Assembly: GCA_963666145.1 (NCBI GenBank)
Contig: OY762614.1
Location: 2,969,617 to 3,033,616 of the forward strand
DNA length: 64,000 nucleotides
DNA from: an uncultured Desulfobacter sp.
GTDB taxonomy: Bacteria; Desulfobacterota; Desulfobacteria; Desulfobacterales; Desulfobacteraceae
Direction: 5' to 3'
Shown piece after piece: positions 9,277 through 19,603 of this stretch (the first letter of the stretch is position 1; each line of letters opens with the position of its first letter). Both the position numbers and the translations under genes were made by a program. A model generated the notes under the pieces. The model worked only from the letters and a program-made list of their open reading frames with translations. It made no database searches and was not told where the DNA came from.

Positions 9277-10371
9277 ATGCCGCTGCTCAAAGAACGTCGG
9301 AAAACCCGACAGATAAAGGTGGGAGTACAACCTGTGGGCTCCGGGGCACAGGTTTCGGTTCAGTCCATGACCAACACCCAGACCCAAGATGTGTACGCTA
9401 CCGTAAATCAAATATTGTCCCTGGAAAAGGCCGGATGCGAAATTGTCCGGGCAGCCGTGCCGGATATGGAAGCGGCTAAGGCCCTAAAAGAAATTAAAGC
9501 GCAGATTCACATCCCTTTGATTGCTGATATTCATTTTGACTGGCGTCTGGCCATTGCTTCTGCTGAATCCGGCGTGGATGGACTGCGGATCAATCCGGGT
9601 AACATCGGCACGATCGACAAAATAAAAGCCGTGGTGGACTGTGCCAAGGCGCACGACCTTCCCATCCGCATCGGGGTAAACGGCGGATCTTTGGAAAAAG
9701 AGATTGAAAAGCAATACGGTGTGACAGCCCGGGGCATGGTGGAAAGTGCCTTGGCCAATATCCGGATTTTAGAAGATTTGGGGTTTTACGATATCAAGGT
9801 CTCCTTGAAAGCGTCGGATGTGGAACGTACCGTGGAGGCCTACCGACTGCTTGCTCCGTTGACAGATGTTCCCTTTCATGTGGGCGTTACCGAGGCGGGC
9901 GGCCTGTATGCCGGCATCACCAAATCCGCCATCGGCATCGGTATGCTGCTCTCCGAAGGGATCGGGGACACCATCCGGGTCTCTTTGACCCGGGACCCGG
10001 TGGAAGAGATCCGTACCGGATTTGAGATTTTACGGGCATTGGGCCTGCGCCACCGGGGGCCGGAGCTGATTTCCTGTCCCACCTGCGGGCGGTGTAAAAT
10101 AAATTTGTTTAAAATTGCCGAACAGGTAGAAAAAGCTTTACTTGAGCGCACAGCACGGATTAAAGTTGCTATTATGGGATGCGTAGTGAATGGTCCGGGC
10201 GAAGCCAAAGAGGCGGACATCGGTATTGCCGGTGGTGACGGCACGGGAATTTTGTTTAAAAAGGGTAAAGTTGTCCGTAAAATCGACCAAACGTGTCTTG
10301 TGGATGAATTGATTAAAGAGATTGACGCAATGACGTTAAATTCGGAGGAAGTAAATGGGAAAGAAAGTTAA
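9277..10371 (+). CDS. ispG: (E)-4-hydroxy-3-methylbut-2-enyl-diphosphate synthase
   Basis: VQSMTNT, ADIHFD, RINPGNIG, IRIGVNGGSL, CPTCGR, GCVVNGPGEA. Confidence 0.98.
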   Translation: MPLLKERRKTRQIKVGVQPVGSGAQVSVQSMTNTQTQDVYATVNQILSLEKAGCEIVRAAVPDMEAAKALKEIKAQIHIPLIADIHFDWRLAIASAESGVDGLRINPGNIGTIDKIKAVVDCAKAHDLPIRIGVNGGSLEKEIEKQYGVTARGMVESALANIRILEDLGFYDIKVSLKASDVERTVEAYRLLAPLTDVPFHVGVTEAGGLYAGITKSAIGIGMLLSEGIGDTIRVSLTRDPVEEIRTGFEILRALGLRHRGPELISCPTCGRCKINLFKIAEQVEKALLERTARIKVAIMGCVVNGPGEAKEADIGIAGGDGTGILFKKGKVVRKIDQTCLVDELIKEIDAMTLNSEEVNGKES

Positions 10372-11860
10372 GACTGCCATCACCCCCACAAGGGAAGAAG
10401 ATTATCCCCAGTGGTACCAGGAGGTGGTAAAAGCCTCGGACATGTCGGAAAATTCGCCGGTCCGCGGATGTATGGTGATTAAACCCTGGGGATTTGCCAT
10501 CTGGGAGAACATCCAGCGCCAGATGGATGCCATGTTCAAGGAAACCGGGGTAAAAAACGCCTATTTCCCATTATTTATTCCCCTAAGCTATCTTGAAAAA
10601 GAGGCCGAGCATGTGGAAGGCTTTGCCAAAGAGTGTGCTGTTGTCACCCATCACAAATTGGAAAAGGGCGAAAACGGCCGGCTTGTGCCGGCCGGAGAAC
10701 TGGCTGAGCCGTTGATTGTCCGGCCCACTTCCGAAACCATTATCGGCGAGTCCATGTCCAAATGGACTTCATCCTACCGGGATTTGCCCATTCTTTTGAA
10801 TCAGTGGGCCAATGTGGTGCGCTGGGAAATGCGTACACGTATGTTTCTGCGAACCAGCGAGTTTTTATGGCAGGAAGGGCATACGGCCCATGCCACCAAA
10901 GAGGAGGCCATGGACCGTACCCTCCAGATGCTGGATATTTACGCCAAGTTTGTTGAAGAACGGCTGGCCATGCCGGTTGTTAAAGGCCGCAAAAGTGAAT
11001 CCGAACGGTTCCCCGGGGCCGATGACACCACCTGTATTGAGGCCATGATGCAGGATAAAAGGGCACTCCAGGCCGGGACTTCTCATTTTCTCGGTCAGAA
11101 TTTTGCCAAAGGCTCCAACATCAAATTTCAGGGTGAATCGGGCCAGGAAGAATATGCCTGGACCACCTCCTGGGGAACATCCACCCGGATGATCGGCGGC
11201 ATGATCATGGTGCACTCCGATGATGACGGTTTGGTGGTCCCGCCCCGCATTGCCCCTGCCCATGTGGTGATCCTGCCCATTGTCAAGAAGGGTGATGACA
11301 ATTCTGGTGTTCTGGAAAGCGCAGACGCCCTTAAAGCTGAGTTGAAACAGAAAACCTTCCACGGACTGCCCGTGGAAGTAGAGGTTGACAGCCGGGACAT
11401 CGGCGGTGCCAGGGGCTGGGAGTGGGTGAAAAAAGGGATTCCTGTGCGTGTGGAGCTTGGGCCCCGGGACATTGAAAATAACAGTGTGTTCATGGCCCGC
11501 AGGGATACGGGGGAGAAAAAAGGCATTAATAGAGACGATTTTATAAATACCATCGCAGACATCCTGGATGACATCCAGAATAACCTGTTCCAGCGCGCCC
11601 TGGCCTTCCGGGAGGAAAATACCGTTTCCATTGATGAAAAAGACAAATTCTACGATCTGTATAAAAAAGCAAAAGGGTATAACAACGGTGCATTTGTCAT
11701 GGCTCACTGGTGCGGATCTGGCGAGTGTGAAGAAAAAATAAAACAGGATTTGTCCGTCACCATCCGGTGCATTCCCTTTGACAGTCCTGATGAAGCGGGC
11801 ACCTGTATTTGCTGTGGTGCAAAAAGTGAACGACGGGTCCTGTTTGCAAAGGCATATTAA
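10355..11860 (+). CDS. proS: Prolyl-tRNA synthetase (archaeal/eukaryotic-type)
   Basis: VRPTSET, QWANVVRWE, FLRTSEFLWQEGHT, QAGTSHFLGQNF, SWGTSTR, C-terminal Zn domain ending FAKAY; no INS editing domain. Confidence 0.97.
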   Translation: MGKKVKTAITPTREEDYPQWYQEVVKASDMSENSPVRGCMVIKPWGFAIWENIQRQMDAMFKETGVKNAYFPLFIPLSYLEKEAEHVEGFAKECAVVTHHKLEKGENGRLVPAGELAEPLIVRPTSETIIGESMSKWTSSYRDLPILLNQWANVVRWEMRTRMFLRTSEFLWQEGHTAHATKEEAMDRTLQMLDIYAKFVEERLAMPVVKGRKSESERFPGADDTTCIEAMMQDKRALQAGTSHFLGQNFAKGSNIKFQGESGQEEYAWTTSWGTSTRMIGGMIMVHSDDDGLVVPPRIAPAHVVILPIVKKGDDNSGVLESADALKAELKQKTFHGLPVEVEVDSRDIGGARGWEWVKKGIPVRVELGPRDIENNSVFMARRDTGEKKGINRDDFINTIADILDDIQNNLFQRALAFREENTVSIDEKDKFYDLYKKAKGYNNGAFVMAHWCGSGECEEKIKQDLSVTIRCIPFDSPDEAGTCICCGAKSERRVLFAKAY

Positions 11861-11902
11861 GCTTGGGAAAAAGCGGGACAACGTGAGAGCCGGTAGAAGA
11901 AA

Positions 11903-14062
11903 ATGATTCGAATCACCGACATATTGGACAAAATTTATGAATACAGTCCAGATGCGGACGTCTCGCTCATTGACCGGGCCTATATCTATTCTGCCCGGGT
12001 TCATGAAGGCCAGGTCCGGCTCTCGGGAGAACCTTATCTGTCCCATCCTTTGGAGGTGGCCAGTATTCTGGCCGACATGAAGCTGGACATGGAGAGCATT
12101 GCCGCAGCGCTTCTTCATGACGTCATTGAGGATACCCCTGCCACCAAAGAAGATATTACAGATATGTTCGGCCCCGGGGTGGCGCATATTGTGGAGGGCG
12201 TGACCAAGCTGTCCGCCCTGCATGCTGCCACCAAGGTTGCCCAGCAGGCAGAATCTTTGCGTAAAATGATTCTGGCCATGGCAGATGATATCCGGGTGGT
12301 GCTCATTAAATTGGCCGATCGTCTGCATAATATGCGGACCCTTAAATACCACAGAAAACCGGAAAAACAGGCGGCCATCGCCCAGGAAACCCTGGATATC
12401 TATGCCCCCATCGCCGCACGTCTGGGCATCTTCTGGATCAAGAACGAACTGGAAGAGATAGCCTTTTTTTACACCCTGAGGGAGGAGCACGATCGCATCC
12501 TGGCGTTGGTGGATAAAGCCAAGGACGAGCAGGAAGCCTATATCAACGAAGTTTCAACGGCCCTGCACTATAAAATGAACGAGATGGAACTGCCCTGCCA
12601 GATCAAGGGGCGGTTTAAATCCTTTTACTCCATTTACCAGAAAATGCTGTCCCAGGGCCTTGAGTTTGATGATGTGTATGACATCATAGCCTTTCGAATC
12701 ATTCTGGACACCGTTCCCCAGTGTTATGCGGCCATGGGCGCGGTCCACTCCATGTGGAAGCCGATCTATTATAAAATAAAGGACTATATCGGGAACCCTA
12801 AGCCCAATATGTACCAGTCCATCCATACCACGGTCATCGGACCCAAAGGCGAACGGGTGGAAATCCAGATCAGGACCCATGAGATGGACCGGGTGGCTGA
12901 ATCGGGCATTGCCGCCCATTGGTCATATAAGGAAGGCACCAAGATTGATGAAAATACCGGTGAATTGTTTGCCTGGATTCGCAATCTTGTGGAGAACCAG
13001 GAAAACCTCAAAGATCCGGATGAATTCCTTGAAAATGTGCGCATAGATCTCTATCCCGGTGAGATTTATGTGTTCACCCCGGCAGGTGAGATCAAAACCC
13101 TTCCCAAAAAGGCCACACCCGTTGACTTTGCCTACCGGATTCACACCGAGGTCGGGGCCCAGTGCACAGGTGCCCGGGTCAACGGCAAGCTTGTCCCCTT
13201 GTCCCATGAACTTCGCACCGGTGATACCATCGAAATTATGACCACCAAAGACCACGCCCCCAGCCGGGACTGGCTTAATTTCGTTAAAACCGTCAAGGCA
13301 AAGACAAAAATCAGGGCCTATATCAATGCCAGGGAAAAGGAGCGAAGCTATTCCCTCGGCCGGGAAATGTGTGAGAAAACATTCCGGAAGCGGAATCAGA
13401 ATTTTAATGCCCTGATCAAATCAGGTGATATCGGCCGGGTGGCGGACTCCTTGGGGTTTAAGGGCGTAGACGATTTGATCGCCCATGTGGGCTTCGGCCA
13501 AATGACGGCACTTCAGGTCCTTAATCGGGCTGTCCCCGAGATTGAAAAGGATTCAGATGAGACCGATGATACCGTTATTGAAAGAGCTGCTTCCAAGCCT
13601 TCGGAAAAACCGACCACCGGGGTTATTGTAAAAGGACTCAACGATATTCTGGTCAGGTTTTCAAAATGCTGCAATCCTTTGCCCGGAGACCCCATAATCG
13701 GATACATCACCCAGGGCCAAGGGGTCGCCATTCACAGGAAGAACTGCGTCAATGTTTTGAAAATGACCAGGGAGCGGATCATTGAAGTGGAATGGGCCAG
13801 TGGTATTAAAGAGTCGTATCCTGCCTCCATATGCATTAAAACAGACGATCGCCACGGTCTTCTGGCCGACATTGCGGCTGTGATTTCAAAGGCAGGTATC
13901 AATATTTTAAACGCGCACTCGGAAACATCGGACGAGGGCATCAGTGTTTTTTATTTCACCATTATGGTGGAAAGTTCCGGGCAGCTTAAAAAAGTCATGG
14001 CGGAACTTCGCCGGGTCAAAACCGTTAATGATGTTAAACGAGTCATCACCGCTGACAATTAG
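11903..14062 (+). CDS. relA: Bifunctional (p)ppGpp synthetase/hydrolase (RelA/SpoT)
   Basis: HD domain LLHDVIED, KLADRLHNMRT, synthetase YQSIHTTV and EIQIRT, TGS, zinc finger CCNPLPGD, ACT domain. Confidence 0.97.
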   Translation: MIRITDILDKIYEYSPDADVSLIDRAYIYSARVHEGQVRLSGEPYLSHPLEVASILADMKLDMESIAAALLHDVIEDTPATKEDITDMFGPGVAHIVEGVTKLSALHAATKVAQQAESLRKMILAMADDIRVVLIKLADRLHNMRTLKYHRKPEKQAAIAQETLDIYAPIAARLGIFWIKNELEEIAFFYTLREEHDRILALVDKAKDEQEAYINEVSTALHYKMNEMELPCQIKGRFKSFYSIYQKMLSQGLEFDDVYDIIAFRIILDTVPQCYAAMGAVHSMWKPIYYKIKDYIGNPKPNMYQSIHTTVIGPKGERVEIQIRTHEMDRVAESGIAAHWSYKEGTKIDENTGELFAWIRNLVENQENLKDPDEFLENVRIDLYPGEIYVFTPAGEIKTLPKKATPVDFAYRIHTEVGAQCTGARVNGKLVPLSHELRTGDTIEIMTTKDHAPSRDWLNFVKTVKAKTKIRAYINAREKERSYSLGREMCEKTFRKRNQNFNALIKSGDIGRVADSLGFKGVDDLIAHVGFGQMTALQVLNRAVPEIEKDSDETDDTVIERAASKPSEKPTTGVIVKGLNDILVRFSKCCNPLPGDPIIGYITQGQGVAIHRKNCVNVLKMTRERIIEVEWASGIKESYPASICIKTDDRHGLLADIAAVISKAGINILNAHSETSDEGISVFYFTIMVESSGQLKKVMAELRRVKTVNDVKRVITADN

Positions 14063-14470
14063 TCTTATGAGAGAAAACCTCTGCGGCGTTTGATGTGGGG
14101 TCGCTTTGGGAGCCGGCTGGCAAAATAAATAATATTCTTTATTCTTCATCATTTCCTAACCAAAGTTTTTAATAATTGAGTATACAACAAAGCATTTTTT
14201 ATTTATGGTCAAGATAGCCGGGATCAATTTGATACAATAAATGTTTTTGTTTACTGAAACGCCGCCCGGATGGTTAATCATTCGGTCGGAGCTGCCCGGT
14301 TTGAAGAATAACCTTTAACCTGGAATATTATGGTAAACGCGTTTAATTTACCAGCCCCCGCCAGAAGACCGGAAAAGAAAGGTCCGGTACCCCACCTTTT
14401 TGTCCTCGATCAGCATCTGAATCAAGTCCACCCTGATTTAAAAAAAAATTATTTTAATGCGGAGATTTGT

Positions 14471-15790
14471 ATGAAGAAAATCTTTATCCTGGATACCAAT
14501 GTCATCCTTCATGACAGCGGATGCATTCATCAATTCAAAGACAATGACATTTACATCCCCATAACCGTTATTGAGGAGCTGGATAAATTTAAAAAAGGGA
14601 ACAATGTCATTAATTGCAATGCCCGGGACTTTTTAAGAACCCTGGATGCATTGTCCAGTGATACGATGTTCAACGGCGGGGCACCCATTGATGACGGAAA
14701 AGGCCGTATTACCATCCGTCTGGATACAGCCCTGGATCCCATAATTGAAAACAACTTTAACGAAATTACGCCGGATATCAGGATCATAAACATTGCCTAT
14801 TCTATTGCCAAAGAAAACGATTTTAAGAGTGTGGTTTTCGTAACCAAAGATGTAAATTTGCGCCTGAAAGCCCGCTCCATAGGGTTGAAAACTGAGAATT
14901 ATAATTCCCAGTATGTTGAAAACATTTCCGAAATGTACACCGGTATGAAGGTGGTGAGTAATATCAGTTCCCGGGTGCTGGACGACCTGTACCAGAAACC
15001 CTATGAAACCAATACCCAGAGTCTGGGCGAAGATGTTTCCTTTTATGCCAATGAAAATGTGATTTTGAAAAACGGATCTAAATCCGCCCTGGCTTATTTT
15101 GACGGCGTCAGCCAATCTGTGAAACTGATTCAACCCAGGATCTGCTATGGCATTAAACCGCGGAATTCGGAGCAGACCTTTGCCCTGAATGCCATGCTTA
15201 ATCCGGATATTTCTCTGGTGACCATTTCCGGCAAGGCCGGCACCGGCAAAACATTGCTGGCCCTTGCTGCCGCCCTGGCTAAAAAGCAGTTCTATCGCCA
15301 GATTTTCATTGCCAGGCCTGTTGTTCCCTTAAGCAACAAAGATTTGGGGTTTCTTCCCGGGGATGTGGCGTCCAAGCTGGACCCCTATATGCAGCCCTTG
15401 TATGACAATCTGTCCGTGATTCAGAATCATTTTAACGAAAACGGGTCCAACGGAAAAAACATCAAGGAACTGATAGAAGAGGAAAAGATCGTTATCACAC
15501 CGATCTCATATATAAGGGGCCGCTCCATCGTACGTGTCTTTTTTATTGTGGATGAGGCTCAGAATTTAACACCCCACGAGGTGAAAACCATCATTACCCG
15601 AGCAGGGGAGGGCACAAAAATCATTTTCACAGGAGATATTTTCCAGATAGACCACCCCTACCTGGACACCCAGACCAACGGGCTTGCCTATATCATAGAA
15701 AAAATGAAAGGCCAGAATCTTTACGCCCACATCAACCTTGAGAAGGGTGAACGGTCTGAGTTGGCGGAATTGGCCTCAAAAATCCTATAG
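14471..15790 (+). CDS. PIN-PhoH fusion protein (PhoH2/YlaK-like)
   Basis: PIN ILDTNVILHD...VIEELD...D..I...TKDVNLR; PhoH GKAGTGKT, YIRGRS, DEAQN, GDIFQID; start after GGAG at 14471. Confidence 0.92.
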   Translation: MKKIFILDTNVILHDSGCIHQFKDNDIYIPITVIEELDKFKKGNNVINCNARDFLRTLDALSSDTMFNGGAPIDDGKGRITIRLDTALDPIIENNFNEITPDIRIINIAYSIAKENDFKSVVFVTKDVNLRLKARSIGLKTENYNSQYVENISEMYTGMKVVSNISSRVLDDLYQKPYETNTQSLGEDVSFYANENVILKNGSKSALAYFDGVSQSVKLIQPRICYGIKPRNSEQTFALNAMLNPDISLVTISGKAGTGKTLLALAAALAKKQFYRQIFIARPVVPLSNKDLGFLPGDVASKLDPYMQPLYDNLSVIQNHFNENGSNGKNIKELIEEEKIVITPISYIRGRSIVRVFFIVDEAQNLTPHEVKTIITRAGEGTKIIFTGDIFQIDHPYLDTQTNGLAYIIEKMKGQNLYAHINLEKGERSELAELASKIL

Positions 15791-15820
15791 GCAAGGCGCT
15801 TTCCTATTTTGAAACACCAA

Positions 15821-15850
15821 AATTCCGGCATGCTGACACATGCCGGAATT
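15821..15850. terminator. Hairpin/terminator downstream of phoH
   Basis: AATTCCGGCATG-N6-CATGCCGGAATT. Confidence 0.6.
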
Positions 15851-16051
15851 TAAAATTTCTACTTACAGGGAGGATATTTCCATCACCCCGATAGCAAATA
15901 TTTATTTAGCTCCTGTGCAGGAACTGTGTTTGGGCTAAAAGTTTTCCAGATGAAAAGCGTAGAAAAATTTGCAACCGGAGCAACCTATTAGGTTGTGAGG
16001 ATTGGAAATTTTTCTACAACGCCGCAGGTGGATGATTTCTCGTTCAAACAC

Positions 16052-16246
16052 TTAAGATGCTTTGGTTACTTTTCCTGCCTTGATGCAGGAGGTGCATACA
16101 TCAATTTTTCTGACGCAACCCGGCTTGATCACCGCACGAACTCTCTGGAGATTGGGATTGAAGCGCCTTTTATTTAGATTATGAGCATGGCTGACATTGT
16201 TGCCGACCATTGGCTTTTTCCCACAAACTGCACATTCTTTTGACAT
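16052..16246 (-). CDS. rpmB: 50S ribosomal protein L28 (Zn-ribbon type)
   Basis: [28 protein letters not shown]...CTSCIK. Confidence 0.97.
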   Translation of the reverse strand: MSKECAVCGKKPMVGNNVSHAHNLNKRRFNPNLQRVRAVIKPGCVRKIDVCTSCIKAGKVTKAS

Positions 16247-16333
16247 ATTTATATACTCCTAATAAAATCGCTTTATCAAAATTAAAACCCGGAATAAATA
16301 TAACATATTAAAATAAAAGTAAAGGCTTTTTAT

Positions 16334-16999
16334 TTATTCGGAATCGGATTCGATTTCTTTGATGTGTTCAGACACCCCGGGAATTTTTTCAAGAGCAATC
16401 TGGCTTTGATCGGTCCCTGCATAATTTTCCACAATATACTGGTAGCGTTTCAGGGCCGCTTCGTATTTTTCTGTTTTGTTGTAAAAATTAGCGACATACA
16501 ATTCATGGCTGGCTATATTGTCAATGCAGGCATCAATGTTCGCCAGGGCTTTTTGGCTGTATTCATTTTCCGGAAACAACCGGATCAGTCTTTCAAATTC
16601 AGCCATTGCTTTTTCAGCCGGCGTGGCATCCCTGTCTATGGTGTCTATCTGATTGAACCAGCACATTGCAATCTGGTTGATAATGTAGGGCACCGCCTCA
16701 TTTTTGGGATGCATTTTCTCAAAGTTTTCATAGGCAGCAATGGCCTCAGGATATTCTTTGAGGTGGAAATGGGCATCGGCTATTTTCAATTCAGCCAAAA
16801 TGGCATATTGGCTGAACGGGTACCAGTCCTTCAGGTCAGTATACGCCTTAACCGCATCCTCATAGTCTTCATTCATAAATGAAGCAGCACCTTCGGCAGC
16901 CAGCTGCTGGGCGTTTTTGTTCATTTGATGGGTTTCTTCAAACAGGGAGCATCCTGACAGCAGAAGAAAAGCCATTCCTGCAATGAAAATTTTTTTCAT
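16334..16999 (-). CDS. bamD: Outer-membrane protein assembly factor BamD
   Basis: Lipobox LLSGC, TPR repeats, YPFSQY, DRDAT, HELYVANFY. Confidence 0.9.
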   Translation of the reverse strand: MKKIFIAGMAFLLLSGCSLFEETHQMNKNAQQLAAEGAASFMNEDYEDAVKAYTDLKDWYPFSQYAILAELKIADAHFHLKEYPEAIAAYENFEKMHPKNEAVPYIINQIAMCWFNQIDTIDRDATPAEKAMAEFERLIRLFPENEYSQKALANIDACIDNIASHELYVANFYNKTEKYEAALKRYQYIVENYAGTDQSQIALEKIPGVSEHIKEIESDSE

Positions 17000-17001
17000 G
17001 T

Positions 17002-17916
17002 TTAAGCGTTCTCTACATAGTGTTCTGCGCAGACTGCTGCTGTGGCACCATCTCCCACAGCCGTTGCAATTTGCCGCAAGGGCGTATCCCTGACATCGCC
17101 GATGGCGAATACACCGGGTACGTTGGTCTGCATTTTGGCGTCCACAAGGATAAAACCGCTTTCATCGGTTTTTACATCACCTTTTATAAATTCGGTGTTG
17201 GGCAGGATGCCGATCCAGATAAAGCAGCCGTTGGCCTCAATCGTCTTTTCATCGCCGGTTTTTAGATTTTTTACATTGACTTTTTCAACGCTGAAAAAAC
17301 CATCTATGCCGGTTACGACACTATCCCAGACGAACTCAATTTTATCGTTGGCAAATGCGCGCTCCTGGAGGATCTTGGTGGCCCGCAGTTCATCTCTGCG
17401 ATGAACCACATACACTTTCTTGGCAAATTTAGTAAGAAAAATGGATTCCTGGACGGCTGTATCTCCGCCGCCCACGGCCACGACCACTTTGTCCCGGAAA
17501 AAAGGTCCGTCACAGGTGGCGCAAAAGGAGATGCCCTTACCCATGAACTTATCCTCTCCAACCCCTAATTTTCTAGGCGATGCACCCGAGGCGATGATCA
17601 AAGATTTGGTTTTAATGCGTTTCCCTTTGAGAATAACCTCCTTGGTTGTTCCAGAGAGATCAAGGCCTTGAACCTCTGCGGTTTCAATCTCCAACCCCAG
17701 AGTCAGTGCCTGTTCTTTTATCTTCTCGGCCAGATCAAACCCGGAAATACCTTCGGGAAATCCGGGGTAATTTTCAATCCAGTCCGTGACCAGAATCTGT
17801 CCGCCGGGCACCGCTTTTTCGATCAGAAGGACATTCATTCTCGCCCGGGCTGCATACAGTCCTGCAGTCAGGCCGCCTGGTCCGGCACCGATGATCACCA
17901 GATCATATTCGCTCAT
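17002..17916 (-). CDS. trxB: Thioredoxin-disulfide reductase
   Basis: IIGAGPGG, CATCDG, VGGGDTA, HRRDELRA, GDVRD. Confidence 0.97.
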   Translation of the reverse strand: MSEYDLVIIGAGPGGLTAGLYAARARMNVLLIEKAVPGGQILVTDWIENYPGFPEGISGFDLAEKIKEQALTLGLEIETAEVQGLDLSGTTKEVILKGKRIKTKSLIIASGASPRKLGVGEDKFMGKGISFCATCDGPFFRDKVVVAVGGGDTAVQESIFLTKFAKKVYVVHRRDELRATKILQERAFANDKIEFVWDSVVTGIDGFFSVEKVNVKNLKTGDEKTIEANGCFIWIGILPNTEFIKGDVKTDESGFILVDAKMQTNVPGVFAIGDVRDTPLRQIATAVGDGATAAVCAEHYVENA

Positions 17917-17927
17917 TGGAAATCTCC

Positions 17928-18254
17928 TTAAAGAACGCTTTTGATTGCCTCTTCAAGTTTTTCCTTGGCCACCATGCCGGTAATTTGATTAACAACCGCT
18001 CCTCCCTTGAAAAAAATAAGGGTTGGAATGGCCTGAACATTGTGTTTGCTGGGGCTGATAGGGTTGTCGTCCACATTGACTTTGGCAATGGTGATTTGAT
18101 CTCCATATTCATCGGCCAATGCTTCAAGGGTCGGGCCAATGGCTTTGCAGGGACCGCACCACGGCGCCCAGAAATCGACCATAATCGGTTTGTCGGAAGT
18201 CTTTAACAGTTCGTCGAAATCTTCATCATTGAGGTGAATAATATTTTCCGCCAT
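17928..18254 (-). CDS. trxA: Thioredoxin
   Basis: DFWAPWCGPCK. Confidence 0.97.
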   Translation of the reverse strand: MAENIIHLNDEDFDELLKTSDKPIMVDFWAPWCGPCKAIGPTLEALADEYGDQITIAKVNVDDNPISPSKHNVQAIPTLIFFKGGAVVNQITGMVAKEKLEEAIKSVL

Positions 18255-18461
18255 AGCTAATTCCTATTTATGAGTTAAAATTGCCGTAAGTATAGGTTCA
18301 TAATCGGGTTTTGTCAATTTGGGGACGCCAAAAATCACCGGTCCATCTGAAAAGGGAGACACCCTGTCCAAGAGAAGGACAAAGCGTATCCCTGTATTGT
18401 GTTTGAACGAATTATCCCATCTGTTATTTGCAAAAGAATTAGCGATGGGTAAACTTAAAAA

Positions 18462-19037
18462 TTACCAGTTTTCACCAAGAACCTCGAAATGAGCCTGGGG
18501 ATGCGCACAGGCCGGGCACATTTCAACTGCTTCGGTGCCTTCATGCAGATAGCCGCAATTTCTGCAGCGCCAGGTGACAGGGGCATCTTTTTTGAACACC
18601 TTACCGGCTTCAATATTGGCCGCCAGGTCATTGTATCTTTTTTCATGCTGTTTTTCAGCAACAGACACCATGTCAAAAACCATGGCAATGGCATCAAAAC
18701 CCTCTTCTCTGGCAACGGTGGCAAAATCCGGATACATCTGGGACCACTCTTCGTTTTCTCCGGCAGCCGCAGCTTTCAGATTTTCCAGGGTGGTGCCGAT
18801 GACACCGGCAGGAAAAGAACTGGTGATCTCAACCTCGCCGCCTTCAAGAAATTTAAAGAAGCGTTTTGCATGCTCTTTTTCCTGGTTGGCTGTTTCGGTA
18901 AAAATGTCTGAAATCTGCACATATCCGTCTTTTTTTGCCTGACTTGCAAAATAGGTGTAGCGCATTCTTGCCTGGGACTCACCGGCAAAAGCGGTCATCA
19001 GATTTTTTTCTGTTTTGGTTCCTTTTAGACTTGCCAT
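18462..19037 (-). CDS. rbr: Rubrerythrin
   Basis: AFAGESQA, EKEHAKR, GENEE, EKQHE, rubredoxin-like CRNCGY...CPACAHP. Confidence 0.97.
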   Translation of the reverse strand: MASLKGTKTEKNLMTAFAGESQARMRYTYFASQAKKDGYVQISDIFTETANQEKEHAKRFFKFLEGGEVEITSSFPAGVIGTTLENLKAAAAGENEEWSQMYPDFATVAREEGFDAIAMVFDMVSVAEKQHEKRYNDLAANIEAGKVFKKDAPVTWRCRNCGYLHEGTEAVEMCPACAHPQAHFEVLGENW

Positions 19038-19099
19038 AATCGATTCTCCTTAAATCCTAAGATGTATTGTTTCCATGCGGTGCTTTGCCGCGACCAGAA

Positions 19100-19531
19100 T
19101 TATTGTTTGGGTTCAGTCGTTTTGCTGCGGCACTGATCACAATAACCTGAAAGGCAGATCCTTTTTCCGGTGATCAAAAAATTTTTTTCCATGTCCGGGG
19201 GCAGTTTTAAACTATCCAGGAGATCTGCCTGAAAATCAAATATATTGTGACAGGATACGCAGTAAAAATGGTGATGAACGTTTTGATTCGGATCAAACCG
19301 TCTGGGGTCGCCATGACCTTCCACAACATCAATCATATTGGCGCCTGCAAAGGTTAAAAGCGTCCGGTTTACTGTATCTATGCTGATATTGGGGAATTGT
19401 TTTTTTACCTCTTTGTGAATCTGTTCTGCGCTGGGGTGGGAAACAGAGGCTGTTAACACCTTGTATATTGCTGCCCTTTGCGGCGTAATTTTCAGCTTGT
19501 TTTCCTTGCATTTTTTGTAGAATAGATCCAA
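19100..19531 (-). CDS. perR: Fur-family peroxide regulator (PerR-like)
   Basis: KITPQR, HPSAE, RRFD, HHHFYCVSC, GYCDQC; lies directly upstream of rubrerythrin. Confidence 0.8.
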   Translation of the reverse strand: MDLFYKKCKENKLKITPQRAAIYKVLTASVSHPSAEQIHKEVKKQFPNISIDTVNRTLLTFAGANMIDVVEGHGDPRRFDPNQNVHHHFYCVSCHNIFDFQADLLDSLKLPPDMEKNFLITGKRICLSGYCDQCRSKTTEPKQ

Positions 19532-19553
19532 GTAAGCGACCTCTTTGCGTTAA

Positions 19554-19584
19554 ATTCTAAATAGGAATAAAACCTATTTAGAAT
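19554..19584. promoter_or_regulatory. Candidate PerR/Fur-family operator: 12-bp perfect inverted repeat
   Basis: ATTCTAAATAGG-N7-CCTATTTAGAAT, 23 bp upstream of the perR start and just downstream of a minus-strand TTGACT. Confidence 0.65.
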
Positions 19585-19603
19585 GGATAGTCAATAAAAA
19601 ATG

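Noticed and set aside
10865-12490. 541-aa antisense ORF over proS/relA, and similar long antisense ORFs (52660-53616, 45423-46211, 32482-33228, 23521-24318)
   Set aside because: They have no recognisable motifs and lie fully opposite well-conserved genes; such open antisense frames are expected from codon bias.
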